Shown: positions 13,172 through 26,717 of the stretch, one piece after another | How positions within the stretch are numbered: the first letter of the stretch is position 1 | Layout: every line of letters starts with the position of its first letter | Assembly (NCBI GenBank): GCA_043228905.1 | Contig: JBHGNT010000012.1 | Span: 5,208,001 to 5,272,000 of the forward strand | DNA from: Azolla caroliniana | Taxonomy: Eukaryota > Plantae > Polypodiophyta | Length of the DNA: 64,000 nt | Direction of reading: 5' to 3' | Notes under the pieces: model-generated | Told to the model about the DNA's origin: nothing | The model's database searches: none | Seen by the model: the letters and a program-made list of their open reading frames with translations, nothing else | Made by a program: the position numbers and the translations under genes

Positions 13172-15401
13172 ACGTGGATGATTTGGTCATAAGAGGAAAG
13201 GATCTCGCTGAGATTAATAAGGTAAAATCACTCCTATCTGGTAGATTTGAAATGAAAGATATGCACGAGCTCCATTACTTCCTTGGCATCGAAGTAATTC
13301 AGACACCAGTCGGGATGCCGATCTCTCAATGACACTACGTTCTCAACTTACTCTACAAGTTCGGAATGACCAAGTGCAAACTTGTGTCGACCCCTCTCGA
13401 CTGAAATCTCAAGCTCGATGCCGATTCGGGAACCAAAGAGTCCGGCCCGACTTAGTATCGTCAACTGATTGGTAGCCTCATCTATCTAACCATCACACGA
13501 CCCGACTTCAGCTATTTGGTCGACCTACTTAGCCAATTCATGTAGAACCCATGAAATGATAATCTCGATTGCATTAAGAGGATACTTTGTTATGTCAGTA
13601 CGACGATGGACTACGACATCATGTATATGTCGAATACACTTATTCAACTCGAGGGGTACACATACGCAGACTAGGCAGGCTATAAGGCTGATAGACATTC
13701 AACCTCTGGATTCGTTTTCTCTCTTGGTAGCGGAGCAATCTCCTAGAGCAGTAAGAAGCAACTGATAGTTGCATTGTCGAGTACAGAGGCTAAATACAAG
13801 GACTCTACAATCGCCACGTGCGAAGTTTTCTAGCTCAAACGCATCTTGAAGGACCTTGGCATTCTCATCACAGATCCAATTCGTCTCTACTACGACAACA
13901 TGAGTAGTATCTATCTTGCTTGGAACCTGGTGTTCCACGTGTGGACCAAACACATCAAAGTGCACTACCACTTCATTTGCGAGCGCGTTCAGGGCCGGCA
14001 AAATCGATCTCCAACACATCAGTACAAACCTTCAAATTACTGACATCTTTATGAAGGCCTTACGAGTCGACAAGCTAGGGCAATTCGCATCGGACCTTGG
14101 TCTCACAATCTCTACATTGCCGAGCTTGAGGGGGAGTACAACAGGTGACACAGAAGTAGCCGAGAAGCATAAGTAACCGATCAATCGATCAAAGCCGACC
14201 AGAGGAGTCGAAGTACGACGAACAATGAGCATGAAGCCGAAAAGCTAAACAACCAAGTTCGAAGATTTCGAAAGACGAAAGCTAATTCATCCGAATCGAA
14301 GTACTCCGAAGACTGAACCGAAACAACTTTTTGACATCTGGAAGTTGTGTTCGAAGGGGCGTGTTGAGAATCGAACTCAACTTCCTGTAGGAATAGTGTT
14401 CACACTAGGCAGTGGACAACTTACTAGGACATTTCTGTAATTAGTAGAAAGGGCATTTGCCCTACACTAGTTGGTATTTAAGCCAACCTTTTGTAACTTA
14501 GTTGTTGTTGGATGTAATATATAGTTTCTTGTCTAGAGCTCTCTCCCTCCCTCCCTCCCTCTCTCTCTCTCTCTCTCCTTCTCTCTTGTCTCACGTGCAC
14601 ACACACATTCCTTCTGTTGCATAGAATCACCCTCGATTCTTTATAGTTCATAATGAGTATAAAAGCACACTCGATGTCGGCATAGGGGCTGACCAACACC
14701 TCTTCTTTAGACAATGTATGGTTTGTCGACTCTGGAGTGTCCAATCACATGACGTCTCACGAAGATTGGTTCCGAGAATTGAGGAATCCTAATCAACCAG
14801 GCTATGTCGAAACTGGGGATGACACAAGTCACCCCCTTTGGCATGTCGGAAATGTCCCAGATGGCAAGCAAACCTACCTCAAGAACATTCTACATGTCCC
14901 AACCATCACGAAAAATATGGTCTCAATCGGCCAGATAGTAGAACAAGGCATGCAAGTGCGGTTCAATAATGAAGGGTGCTTCATTGAAAAAGACGGTTGA
15001 CTCATAGCTCAAGGTCGACGAGAAGGTTGAATGTTTATCCTCGAGTCAAATGAGGTGAAGTCAACCACGTTTGCGAAAGGCCTCAAAGTCGACACTGACT
15101 TGAAACTGTGGCACAAGAGAATTGGCCACATCAATATCTGGAAGCACCAGAACATGCAATCGAAAGGAGTCGTCATCAAACTCCCGGATTTTACAGAAAA
15201 AGAGAGCATTGGTGTTTGTGAGGTGTGCCAATTCGGCAAAACAACGCCAACATCCGTTCCCGAAAGAGAGGAACATGAGCAATGGAGTCTTGGATGTAGT
15301 CCACTCCGACGTTTGGGGACCGGCACATACAACCACATTCGGCGGATGCCGATATTATGTCATGTTCATCGACGATTTCTCCAAGCACACTTGGATCTAC
15401 A

Positions 15402-15672
15402 TGTTGGGAAACCGGTCTCTCCGGATGAGATCCGATGATGAATAAAGAGAACCTGGTGAGAACCGGAAGAGATCTAGAAACCGGATCGGTGGACTCGGTG
15501 AGAACTGGAAGAGAAGACAGATTTGTAAATATGTCTATGTCTTGAATAAGCCCATTGAGGCTATATTTGTAAATAGCCGTAAGTTCATATAACTATAAAT
15601 ATGACTTAGGGCAATAACTTTAGGGTAAGTGAGCAAGATTGTGTTGTTGTCATATTGTTGTAACTGTTGTAC

Positions 15673-15719
<47 letters not shown>

Positions 15720-18700
15720 TACAGAGCGATACTCTGTTATAACCGCCACTGTGCAAAGAAACAGAGCTTGAGGTCGTTGCCTCAAAGTCTCTGATTGCAC
15801 CCCTTCTCTTCATAGTGATAGTTCGGAGTCTGTGGGCTCCCATGGTTTTTCCTTATTAGGGTTTTCCACGTAAATATCCTGTGTCAATTTCTTGTGTACT
15901 CTCCACTTCCCATTTCTGTGTTTGATTCTTATAGAAGTGGTTTACTACTCGGTTGTGGTCGATCAATATTTCGTGCATTTCTCTTCAAATTGGTATCAAA
16001 GAGAACAACACAAAAAATGGAACAATCTTATGGCGGCATGTTCAATCTCACCGGCTCCAACTACTCAGTATGGAAGTCGAAGATGAGGGACATGCTGGTG
16101 GTTAAAGTTCTTTGGTTGCTGGTTCGGTTCGGGTATAGGACCCCAGATAAGATCGACGCCACAGTGTGGGAGGTGATGCACATGAAGACGACGACATACA
16201 TCCGGTGCTTCATCGACATGAGCCTGTACATCAACTTCAATGAAGAGATGAACTCTAGGAGAAGATCGGCATCATGTTCCAGAACAAGAATCTTGTTAAT
16301 CGGGTTTCGGTATTTCGGAAGCTAGTGAGGCTCCGGTACCACAACGACTCCATTATGGCAGAGCACATGAATGCCTTCCAGGGGCTGATACACTAAGCAA
16401 ACTTGTTGGAAGTACCTCTCGCCGATGAGGTGCTTGCTCTACTCCTGCTTGGTTCCCTCCTAGATAGCTGGGAGACGTTAGTTGTCACATTGGGCAACGC
16501 CGGGCCAGAAGGAAAACAACTATCCCTAGCAAGAGTCAAGTCGAGCTTGCTAGATGAGGAGGCGCGTCAGAAAGACAAGGAGGTGATCTTCGACGCCAAA
16601 GCCCTCCTTACCGAATCGGAATGCGGAAGACAAAAGAATCGAAGTCCCCAGAATCGGGAAAATTCGGGGACATGGTCAAAGTCAAGGGGGAGGCCCACTT
16701 GCTTCTATTGTGGCAAGTTAGGGCATTTCCAAAAGAACTGTCGGCATTTCCGGAAAGACAAGGGAACCAACATTACCGATTCGAAGAAGTCACCAGACCG
16801 AAACGGTTCGGATCGGCAAGGCCTGGACCGAAAGGGAACAACGGCGATTGTGGCAAGTGAAGAAGAGCTAATGTTCATCACCGAGGAGAGTGAGTTGAAC
16901 CTTGTTGTCGACGAGACAACGTGGTTTGTCGATTCCGGAGTGTCGTTCCATCTTACCCCAGACCGGAAATGCTTCTCATCCTACACAACCGATGAGCATA
17001 GTTGTGTCCGGATGGGGAATTAAGGGACATGCCGAATTATCGGCATAGGAGATGTGTTGTTGACGACATCAACCGGATGCAAGTTGCTGCTGAAGGATGT
17101 CCGACACGTTCCGAAGGTTCGATTGAACCTGATATCAGCCGGTCAGCTAGATGATGAAGGCTACACAGGTAGCATCTGGAACGGTGTCATGAAGTTCTGC
17201 AAAGGGAGCTTAATAGTGGCTCGAGCCCGGAAGGTCAACACACTGTACTTGATGAATGCCCAGATATGCCGGGAAGAAGTGAACGTAGCATCCGACACTG
17301 CTAGTGAGCTGTGGCACAAAAGACCGTGTCACATGAGTGAGAAGGGGATGAAGAGGCTTGCCGAAGACAACGTCATTCCGGTGAAGGACGTGCAACTTGA
17401 GAAGTGCACCGACTGCCTGGCCGGCAAGCAAAACCGCACCTCCTTCCGGTCAAGACCACCGATGAGACGGAATGCACCAGTGGAGCTGGTGCATACCGAT
17501 GTGTGTCAAGTAGACACGAAGTCACATGCCGGATCGCAATACTTCGTGACGTTCATAGATGACCATAGCCGGAAGTTGTGGGTCTCACCATTGAAGACGA
17601 AGAATCAAGTGTTATCCATCTTCAAGGAGCTCCACGTGAGAGTGGAAAGAGAAACTGGCTGGAAGCTGAAAGCGGTTCGAGTAGATAACGGAGGAGAATA
17701 CCAAGGGCAGTTTGAGGAGTATGGCCGGTCGAAGGGAATTTGGCTCGAATTCACCATGCCGAAGACACCAGAACTAAACGGGTTGGTTGAAAGGATGAAC
17801 TGGACCATAATGGAGAGAGTCTGGAGCATGCTCACACATGCCAAGCTACCCAAGACGTTTTGGGCTGAGGCGTTGACGACGGCGACCTATGTGATAAACA
17901 GATCACCCTCAGTACCCTTGGACGGAGACTCACCACAGAAAGTATGGACCGGTAAGGATGTGTCTTACCGGTATCTGAAGGTGTTCGGGTGTCTCGCTTA
18001 CGTGCATGTTGCAAAGGACCGGAGAGAAAAGTGGGATTCAAAGTCCTGGCCTTGCATATTCCTCGGATACGACGATGATGAGTTCGGCTACCGAGTGTGG
18101 GACCCGGTCGACAAGAAGGTTTCCCGGAGTCGAGATATTATCTTCATGGAGGACAAGACCATTGCCGATTGGGAGTCAGAGAAGAAGATAATGAACTCCG
18201 AGTCGACTGGCAAAGATCAGTTAGAGGAGATAAGGACCTACCCGGCAAGGAGCCGGATGGCACTCGAAGAACCAACCGGTTTCGAAGTAGAACCCGAACC
18301 GGCCGAAGAAGAAGAAGAAGAGGAAGCTGAAACCGGAACCATACAGGACCCCAAATCAGATTCGGATGAAGAACAAACAGAGGAGCCGGTTGCCGAAAGC
18401 CAAAGTCGGAGATATCCTCTTAGAGAGAGGAGAGCCCCCCGGAGATTTCTGGATGCAGAGCATGTGTTGCTAACTGATGAGGGGGAGCCGGAAAGTTTTG
18501 AAGAAGCAAGGGGAGACACCCACAATGGCAAGTGGTTGAGTGCCATGCAGGACGAGATGGATTCCCTGCATGAGAACCACACATACGAATTGGTGGAGTT
18601 GCTGAAAGGAAAGAGGGCAATCCGGAACAAGTGGGTGTACAAGCTGAAACCAGGAGATGCCGGAAATCCACCAAGGTATAAGGCCCGAATCGTGGTGAAG

Positions 18701-20644
18701 GGCTTCCAGCAGAAGAAAGGAGTGGACTTCGATGAGATCTTTGCCCTGATAGTAAAGATGACATCCATCCAGACGGTATTGGGCATAGTGGCAAGCATGG
18801 ACCTCGAGGTAGAGCAACTGGACGTCAAGACGGCATTCCTACATGGAGACCTCGAAGAAGAGATCTACATGCATCAACCGGAAGGATTTGAGAAGAAGGG
18901 AAGGAGCACCTGGTGTGCCGATTGAAGAAGAGCTTATACGGACTGAAGCAAGCTACCCGGCAATGGTACCGGAAGTTTGACTCCTTCATGACCGATCAAG
19001 GGTACCACAAGATGCAGGCCGAACACTGCGTGTTTGTGAAGAAATTTGATGGAGGAGATTTCCTAATATTGCTCTTGTACGTGGACAACATGTTGATTGT
19101 CGGACGAGACCAAGTCAAGATACGGATGCTGGAGAAGGCCCTTAACCGGACCTTCTCAATGAAAGACTTGGATACAGCAAGACAGATACTGGGAATGCAC
19201 ATCATCCGGGACCGGTTGAAGAAGCATTTGTGGCTGTCATAGGAAAAGTATGTGACAAAGGTGCTTCAACGGTTTAACATGTTAGAAGCAAAACCGGTCG
19301 GATCGACACTCCCGGCAAACTCCAAACTATCTGGTAAGCAAAGCCCGAAGACAAAGCAGAGAAGGCAGAAATGATGAAGATTCCATATGCCTCTGCGGTC
19401 GGGAGCTTGATGTACGCAATGGTGTGTACTCGACCGGATATTGGATACGCAGTCGGAGTGGTGAGTCGGTTCATGACCAACCCCGAAAAAGAGCACTGGA
19501 ATGCGGTAAAATGGATACTCCGGTACTTGAAGGGCACTTCGAGTATGTGCCTCTGATTCGGCTCTGATAAACTCCTCATGGAAGGCTTTACCGATTCGGA
19601 TATGTCGGTTGATGTGGACACCAGACGGTCAACTTCCGGATATGTCATGACCTATGCAGGGGGAGCCGTTTCGTGGCAGTCGAGGCTGTAGAAGACGGTT
19701 GCGTTGTCAATCATGGAGGCGGAGTACATGGTAGTCGTGGAAGCCGACAAGGAAATATTATGGATGAAGGACTTCATCAGAGAGCTAGGGATCCGGCAAG
19801 AGGAATACCGGCTCTACTGTGACAGTCAAAGTGCCATCCACCTTGCAAAGAACGTGGCATACCATTCCAGAACGAAGCACATCCAGCGCAGGTACCACTG
19901 GATCCGGGAGCGAATTGAAGATCGAGAGTTCGTGCTGATGAAGATCCACACGGAGGAGAACGGGTCGGATATGCTGACCAAGGTGCTGACACCCGACAAG
20001 TTGGATGCATGCCAGAAGCGGATCGGACTTACAAGACATCCCATACCGGAGTGAAGGGGGAGATTGTTGGGAAATCGGTCTCTCTGGATGAGATCCGGTG
20101 ATGAATAAAGAGAACCCGGTGACAACCGGAAGAGAGTTGGTGAGAACTGGAAGAGATCCGGAAACTGGATTGGTGGACTCGGAGAGAACCGGAAGAGAAG
20201 ACAGATTTGTAAATATGTCTTGAATAAGCCCATTGAGGCTATATTTGTAAATAGCCCTAAGTTCATATAAATATAAATATGACTTAGGACAATCACTTTA
20301 GGGTAAGTGAGTGAGATTGTGTTGTTGTCATATTGTTGTAACTATTGTATAGAGAGTGAATGAGAGAGAGAGAGAGATACAGAGCGATACTCTGTTGTAA
20401 CCGCCATTGTGCGAAGAAACAGAGCTCGAGGTCGTTGCCTCTGAGTCTCTGATTGCACCCCTTCTCTTCATAGTGATAGTTCGGAGTCTGTGGGCTCTCG
20501 TGGTTTTTCCCATTAGGGTTTTCCATGTAAACATCTTGTGTCATTTTCTTGTGTACTCTCCACTTCCCATTTCTGTGTTTGATTCTTATAGAAGTGGTTT
20601 ACTACTCGGTTGTGGCCGAGCGATATTCCGTGCATTTCCCTTCA
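15402..20644 (+). mobile_element. Complete Ty1/copia element 'C6' (Tnt1/Tork-like) with both LTRs (15402-15987, 20065-20644)
   Basis: Matching TG...CA LTRs; PBS tggtatcaaag at 15991; PPT gaagggggagat 20053-20064; TSD ctaca/ctacc; full gag-PR-IN-RT-RH. Confidence 0.95.
16017..20054 (+). pseudogene. C6 gag-pol with frameshifts and stops
   Basis: ORFs 15894-16325, 16403-17023 (CFYCGKLGH, WFVDSG), 17054-18925 (IN, RT start), 18913-19242 (YVDN), 19371-19556, 19704-20054 (RH). Confidence 0.9.
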
Positions 20645-23600
20645 CTACCATGTGCGGTAGGAGAGCGAAGTGTTTAGACACTTCCAAAAATTTAAGAATG
20701 AAGTCGAAAAATCCACATGTTGGCACGTTCGATGCCTTCGATCAAATGGAGGTAAAGAGTACTTCTCGGACGAATTTACAACATATCTCTTGAAGGAATG
20801 AATTCGAAAGGAGTTTACCTGTCGACACACCTCAACAGAATGGGGTAGCCAAATGAAAGAATCAACACATACTAGAGGTGGCAAGAGCCATGAGGAACGA
20901 AAAGAACCTGCCAAAGTCGTACTGGACAGAAGTGACAAACACAACCGTCTACCTCGTGAATAGGTGCACAAAATATGGGGTACATGACGTATCACCCCAC
21001 GAGAAGTTTTATGGGAAGAAGCCAGATCTATCCCATGTCACGATATTCGGTTCAATTGCATATGTACACATTCCTGACGAGAAGCAACAAAAGCTTGATC
21101 CTAAGTAAGAGAAATGCATCCCCGTAGGGTACTCACTTGAACAAAAGGGGTACACGGTGTTATAACCCATCTACCCGAAAAGTTCGAGTGAGTCATAACG
21201 TCTTCTTCAACGTGTCGGCATCCTAGTATGGCCCTGAGATGACTCTGGCACCAACACTAATCGACCCGAACTCGGCCGACAAAGAGATAGAAGACGAAGA
21301 TCGACTAAGGCACATGTTTGAAGAATGTCCAATTACGATCAGACTGAGTGAACCTCAAGAGCCCCTAAGTGATCAAAGCACATCTCGATCAAGTCCGAAG
21401 CTAGATAAAGGGAAGGCCAAAATGCCAGAGTACAAAGATCCGGTCAGTAGCGCATCGACTGACTCACTCGATAGTGATTTCGAAGGCCTTGATGCCCCTA
21501 TTATCTGGATGAACGGAGTTAAGAAAGCCATAACCACCCAAACGCGAAACTCCGTTGTCCCACGCGAGAGAAGAACCCGGTTAGCCGATTTGGCTACAAT
21601 GACTATATGGCATCTCACTATGCCTTTATGATGAAGGTGGTGATAGTCTGAGAACTGGAAACATTTTTCGCGGCAGCCAAGGATACACGATGGATTGAAG
21701 CCATGAAGGAGGAGATGCAAGCGCTATGCAAGAACGAGACATGGGATCTCGTCCCTTGTTCTCCACACAAGAAAGAGATCGCTACAGATGGACATATAAA
21801 GTAAAATATATTGCCGATGGCTCAGTGAATTGCTACAATGCACGACTTGTAGCTAAGGGATATGCTCAAACACAAGAAGTCGACTGTGAGGAGACTTTTG
21901 CCCTGGTGGCAAAGATGATGATTGTTCGGATAGTGATTGTACTCGTCGCTGCTAAAGAGTGGCACCTCTATCAAATGGACATAAAGAACGCCTTCCTTCA
22001 AGGCGAATTAGAAGAGGAGGTCTTCATGATTCAACCACTTGGTTTTGAATTGACCAAGCATCCGACCATAGTTTGCCGACTCTAAAAACCATTGTACGGA
22101 CTCAAGCAAGCACCGCATGCTTGGCACTCAAAGATTACTCATTATCTTCACCAAATCGGCTTCTGCATGTCGAAATCAGATAACTCCCTCTACATTAGAA
22201 GTGAGTCAGGCAACCCGATTGTCATCATCCTATACATGGATGATGTTAAGAATTAGGTAAGTAATTAAGCAAGGGTTAATTAGTACCTAATTATGTGATT
22301 AAGTTAAGTGGAAGATTATGTGATATGTGTGTGTATGTGTGTGAGAGGAAGAGAGAGAGAGAGAGATACACTTATGAACAACACAAGATGGGGGATGAGT
22401 AACTATGTTAAATTAGCATTATCATCATCAAATAAAAAAATAACTACAATGAGGTATATATAGATCTCATGTGCAAGGGTGCACATGTGTGGGGAGAATA
22501 TAGGTACAAAAGTGTAAGTCCTATATTAAATGTACTTAGGACTGGAGGATCTAGAATATCCCACTTAAGTACAAGGTCCTATTTAAGGTGTTATAGTAAA
22601 CACTTCTAACTAGATTCTATCTAGGTAACTATGAAGTTACTTGGTTGACTAACTAACTAAACTAAGTTGAGCTTGATCTCTCAACACGCCCCCTCAAGCT
22701 CAAGTGTGAGGCGTTTGACATCCGGTTCTGCTTTCAACATTGTCCAGCTTTCGATGTTGGCTTTTGTGCGGTTTTCGTCCGGCCTTCGGCTTTGTTCGCT
22801 GTGGCAAACTCGGGTCCTCCCCCTTAAGCCGGTGATGAAGGATTGTAGATTGTGGGCGAAGGCTGACTACTTCCACCCATCGTGGGTTATGAGCCGCTTC
22901 GGTGGAGCTCTTGGGCTCTTGTTCGGCCGCTACCTTCATCATGAAGGCATAGTGATGGGCCATGTACTCGTTGTAGCCGAGCCGAGTGACGGGGTTCTTT
23001 GCTCTAGATGAGCGTCAAAGTTTTTCTCTCGCCGATGTGAGCGCCTTCTTTGCTCCGGGTGTCTGCATGATGGGTACACCAAACTCACTGTCTAGTGAGC
23101 GAGCTGACACATCCGAATCACTATTGTCAGGGTGATCGACTTCGTATTCGGGTAGAAGGGTTGTAGCACTTGTATGCCTTCTTCTTGGATGAGTATCCTA
23201 TGAGGATACATTCCTCTGACTTCGCATCAGGCTTTTGTCGTTGTTCGTTTGGGATGCGTACATTCGCAATGCTTCCGAACACGTTGAGGTGAGACACGAT
23301 CGGCTTCCTTCCGACAAAGAGCTTCTATGGAGTTAGCTCATGCACTCCATTAGTGGTGCACCGGTTCATGAGATAGACAGTCGTGGATGCCGCTTCGGCC
23401 CAATAGAAATTCAGCAAGTGCTTCTCATGCATCATGGCGCGTGCTACCTCGAGTATTTGCCGATTCTTCCTTTCGGCTACTCCATTTTGTTGGGGGGTGT
23501 GTCGGCACGAGAATTCTCCCCAAATGCCTTCACTTTGGAGGTAGGAGGTGAATTCATCGGAGAAGTACTCCTTGCCTCCATCCAATCATAGGCATCGAAT

Positions 23601-25860
23601 GTGTTGACCGGTTTCCTTTTCTACTTGGCCTTTGAGCTTTTGGAAGTGGGTGAGCACTTTGCTTTTATTCTTCATCAGGTAGATCCACGCGTAGCGCGAG
23701 TAGTCATCGATGAAGGTTACCTAGTATTGGCATCCGCCGATCGTCGGCGTTTGAGCCGATCCCCATACATCCGAGTGTATGACATCGAGGAGGCCTTTGC
23801 TTGCGAAGGTCTCCTTCGGGAATGGGAGTCGATGTTGTTTTCTAAGTTGACACGCTTCGCATACTCGATCGACTCGTTTTGACTCGAATGTCGAAAGTCT
23901 GATGATGACTCCCTTTGTTTGCATAGCTGGAAGCCGTTGGAGGTTTATGTGGCTGATTCTCTTGTGCCACAACTCGATGCTTGTCTTGGTTTTGAGACTT
24001 TTAGCGTACATTACTGATTTCACCTTGTTCGAATCAAGGATGAACATTCGGCCGTCTCTCCACCCCTTCGATATGAGTCGGCCATCTTTCTTGATGAAGC
24101 ATCCTTCTTTGTTGAAGCAAACTTCCATTCCTGGCTCCACGATTTGGCCTTCCAAGACCAAATTCTTCGTTATCGTGGGCACATGCAATACATTCTTGAT
24201 GCAATTGTTCTTGTCATCATTTCCAAATGGAATGTTGCCGATGTGGCGAATGGGATGCGTGGTGTCGTCTCCCATCTCTATGTAGCCGGGTCGATTCGAT
24301 GTATGCAAGTCATTGAACCACTCTTTGTGGGATTTCATGTGATGTGAGGCGCCGGAATCGACGAACCACGTGTCTTCCGAATTGGAGGTGCCTGCGGAGT
24401 CGGAGGCCTTCATAGAGTTTGCTCTATGCCTCATTATGAATAGTCTACCGTAGTCGTCGTATTCAGAGGTGGTGGCGTAGTTTGTGAGTTGTTGACTTGT
24501 TGAAGCCGACTCACTTCTCTTTTTCCGACACTCCACCTCGTAGTGACCGATTTTGCCACAATAATTGCAAGTTGCGGGCCTCGTTTTCCAACCATGTTCA
24601 GCGTGGAAGCGTCCCCTTCTTCCGAAGGTTCCTTGATGGCTTCCGTGAAGGTTTGAGTTCCCTTCGTGTGATGGGTTGAATTGACCTCTTCTACCGCCGC
24701 GACCTCGTCCTTGGCCACCGTCCGAATTCGAGAAGAACATTTGCCCTTCCGACGTCTTGCTTTTGGTTTGGACATGGTTCTCTTTGAACAATAACATTGA
24801 TTGGAGGTCGAGGAACGAAGGAGGGTTTTCCCTCGCCAAGGTTGCCGTCGTCAACGAGTCGAATCATTGTGCAAGGCCGCCCAAGCATACTTGAACCATC
24901 TCGTCTTCGTCGACGTTTATGTTGATGGAGGCATGTGAGTCACAAATGCTCTTGAACTTGGCGGTGTAGTCCGACATGGACATGTCTTTTTGTCGAATGT
25001 TATTCAACTCTTGTCGGAGTTGAAGCTTGCGGGCGGTCGTGTTGGCGGCGAACATCTTCTTTAAGTTCTCCCACGCCTCTTTAGGCGTCTTGGTGTCTTG
25101 AATATGGCTAAGCATGTGGTCGTGGACACAAGTTGCCAAGCAGTACATTACTCGACTCGCTCCTTGCTCCCACGTTGGGTAGTTGGCGTTTGTGATGTTG
25201 GGCTTGTTTTCGAGTGCGCCGTTAATGTAGCTCCAATACCCTTGGCCGACGAGGTATTGGGTCATCTTGTACTCCCAAGATGAATAATTGCTCCGGTCTA
25301 GCTTTTCACTAGGGGGTGAGCTACCCATTTGTGTGTTCATTTTGATGTAGGGTCTTCCATTTTGCTTTTCTTCCTTCGATCATGTACTCGTGCTACGTAG
25401 CGGCACTACGGTAGCGGATAGCCGGAATTTCTCATCGGCGTTTCGAACACACATTTATGAAGAGTCGGTGGGCTTAGTGGATTTTCTAAACCACATGCTC
25501 TGGTACCATGTTAAGAATTAGGTAAGTAATTAAGCAAGGGTTAATTAGTACCTAATTATGTGATTAAGTTAAGCGGAAGATTATGTGATATGTGTGTGTA
25601 TGTGTGTGAGAGGAAGAGATAGATAGATAGATAGATTATATTATCGTCTTTGGAGGTCAAATATGACCTATGAGACCAAAAATATTACATTTCACATGAT
25701 ACGTGTGAAAGTGAGTAGTGACTCTCGATGTTCAAGAACTTTACCAATGATTGTTGCAATTGAGAGTGCACATTGTGGTTGTGAGAGGAATTCATGCAAA
25801 ATTGGGCTCGATCGAAGAGATGTGGAAAGCATGGTCGAATATGATCAAAGGCAGAGCATT

Positions 25861-26717
25861 GTATCAAAGTCTGATACTCAAACTCGCGAACTTGTTTAGG
25901 GCAAAGTGTGCATAGCTAACCACTCTCATCACTTGTGCCCCAACGCCCTGTTTCACATCACAATGCATGTGAGCTAAGTCGCATGGAAGCAATGGTTCGA
26001 ATGGCAAATAACGGTATGGGCTCTAACATGTATGGATGTGTACAATTTCCCTGTTCCGCAAAGAATATGGTTTTGTATCAAAGTGTGATACTCAGACTCG
26101 CGAACTTGTTTAGGGCAAAGTGTGCATAGCTAACCACTCTCATCACTTGTGCCCCAACGCCCTGTTTCACATCGCAATGCATGTGAGCTATGTCGCATGG
26201 AAGCAATGGTTCGAATGGCAAATAACGGTATGGGCTCTAACATGTATGGATGTGTACAATTTCCCTGTTCCGCAAAGAATATGGTTTTGTATCAAAGTGT
26301 GATACTCAGACTCGCGAACTTGTTTAGGGCAAAGTGTGCATAGTCGATCACTCTCATCACTTGTGCCCCAACGCCCTGTTTCACATCGCAATGCATGTGA
26401 GCTATGTCGCATGGAAGCAATGGTTCGAATGGCAGATAACAGTATGGGCTCTAACATGTATGGATGTGTACGATTTCCCCGTTCCGCAAAGAATATGGTT
26501 TTGTATCAAAGTGTGATACTCAGACTCGCGAACTTGTTTAGGGCAAAGTGTGCATAACCGACCACTCTCATCACTTGTGCCCCAACGCCCTGTTTCACAT
26601 CGCAATGCATGTGAGCTAAGTCGCATAGAAGCAATGGTTCGAATGGCAAATAACGGTATGGGCTCTAACATGTATGGATGTGTACGATTTCCCCGTTCCG
26701 CAAAGAATATGGTTTTG
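25861..26717. repeat. Four tandem copies of a 214-bp unit in the LINE ORF2 C-terminus
   Basis: gtatcaaag unit starts at 25861, 26075, 26289, 26503; junction microhomology ttgta. Confidence 0.95.

Larger units (their letters stand above)
8627..14645 (+). mobile_element. Ty1/copia element 'C4' (5' LTR remnant 8627-8813, PBS 8814, decayed gag-pol ~8949-14136, 3' LTR 14362-14645)
   Basis: 8627-8813 matches 14478-14645; PBS tggtatca; gag, WFVDSGAS, integrase, RT and RH motifs spread over stop/frameshift-broken ORFs; RT interrupted by solo LTR 12230-13171. Confidence 0.92.

Noticed and set aside
25861-26717. CRISPR-like array or repeated small genes
   Set aside because: Head-to-tail units without unique spacers; the sequence is LINE ORF2.
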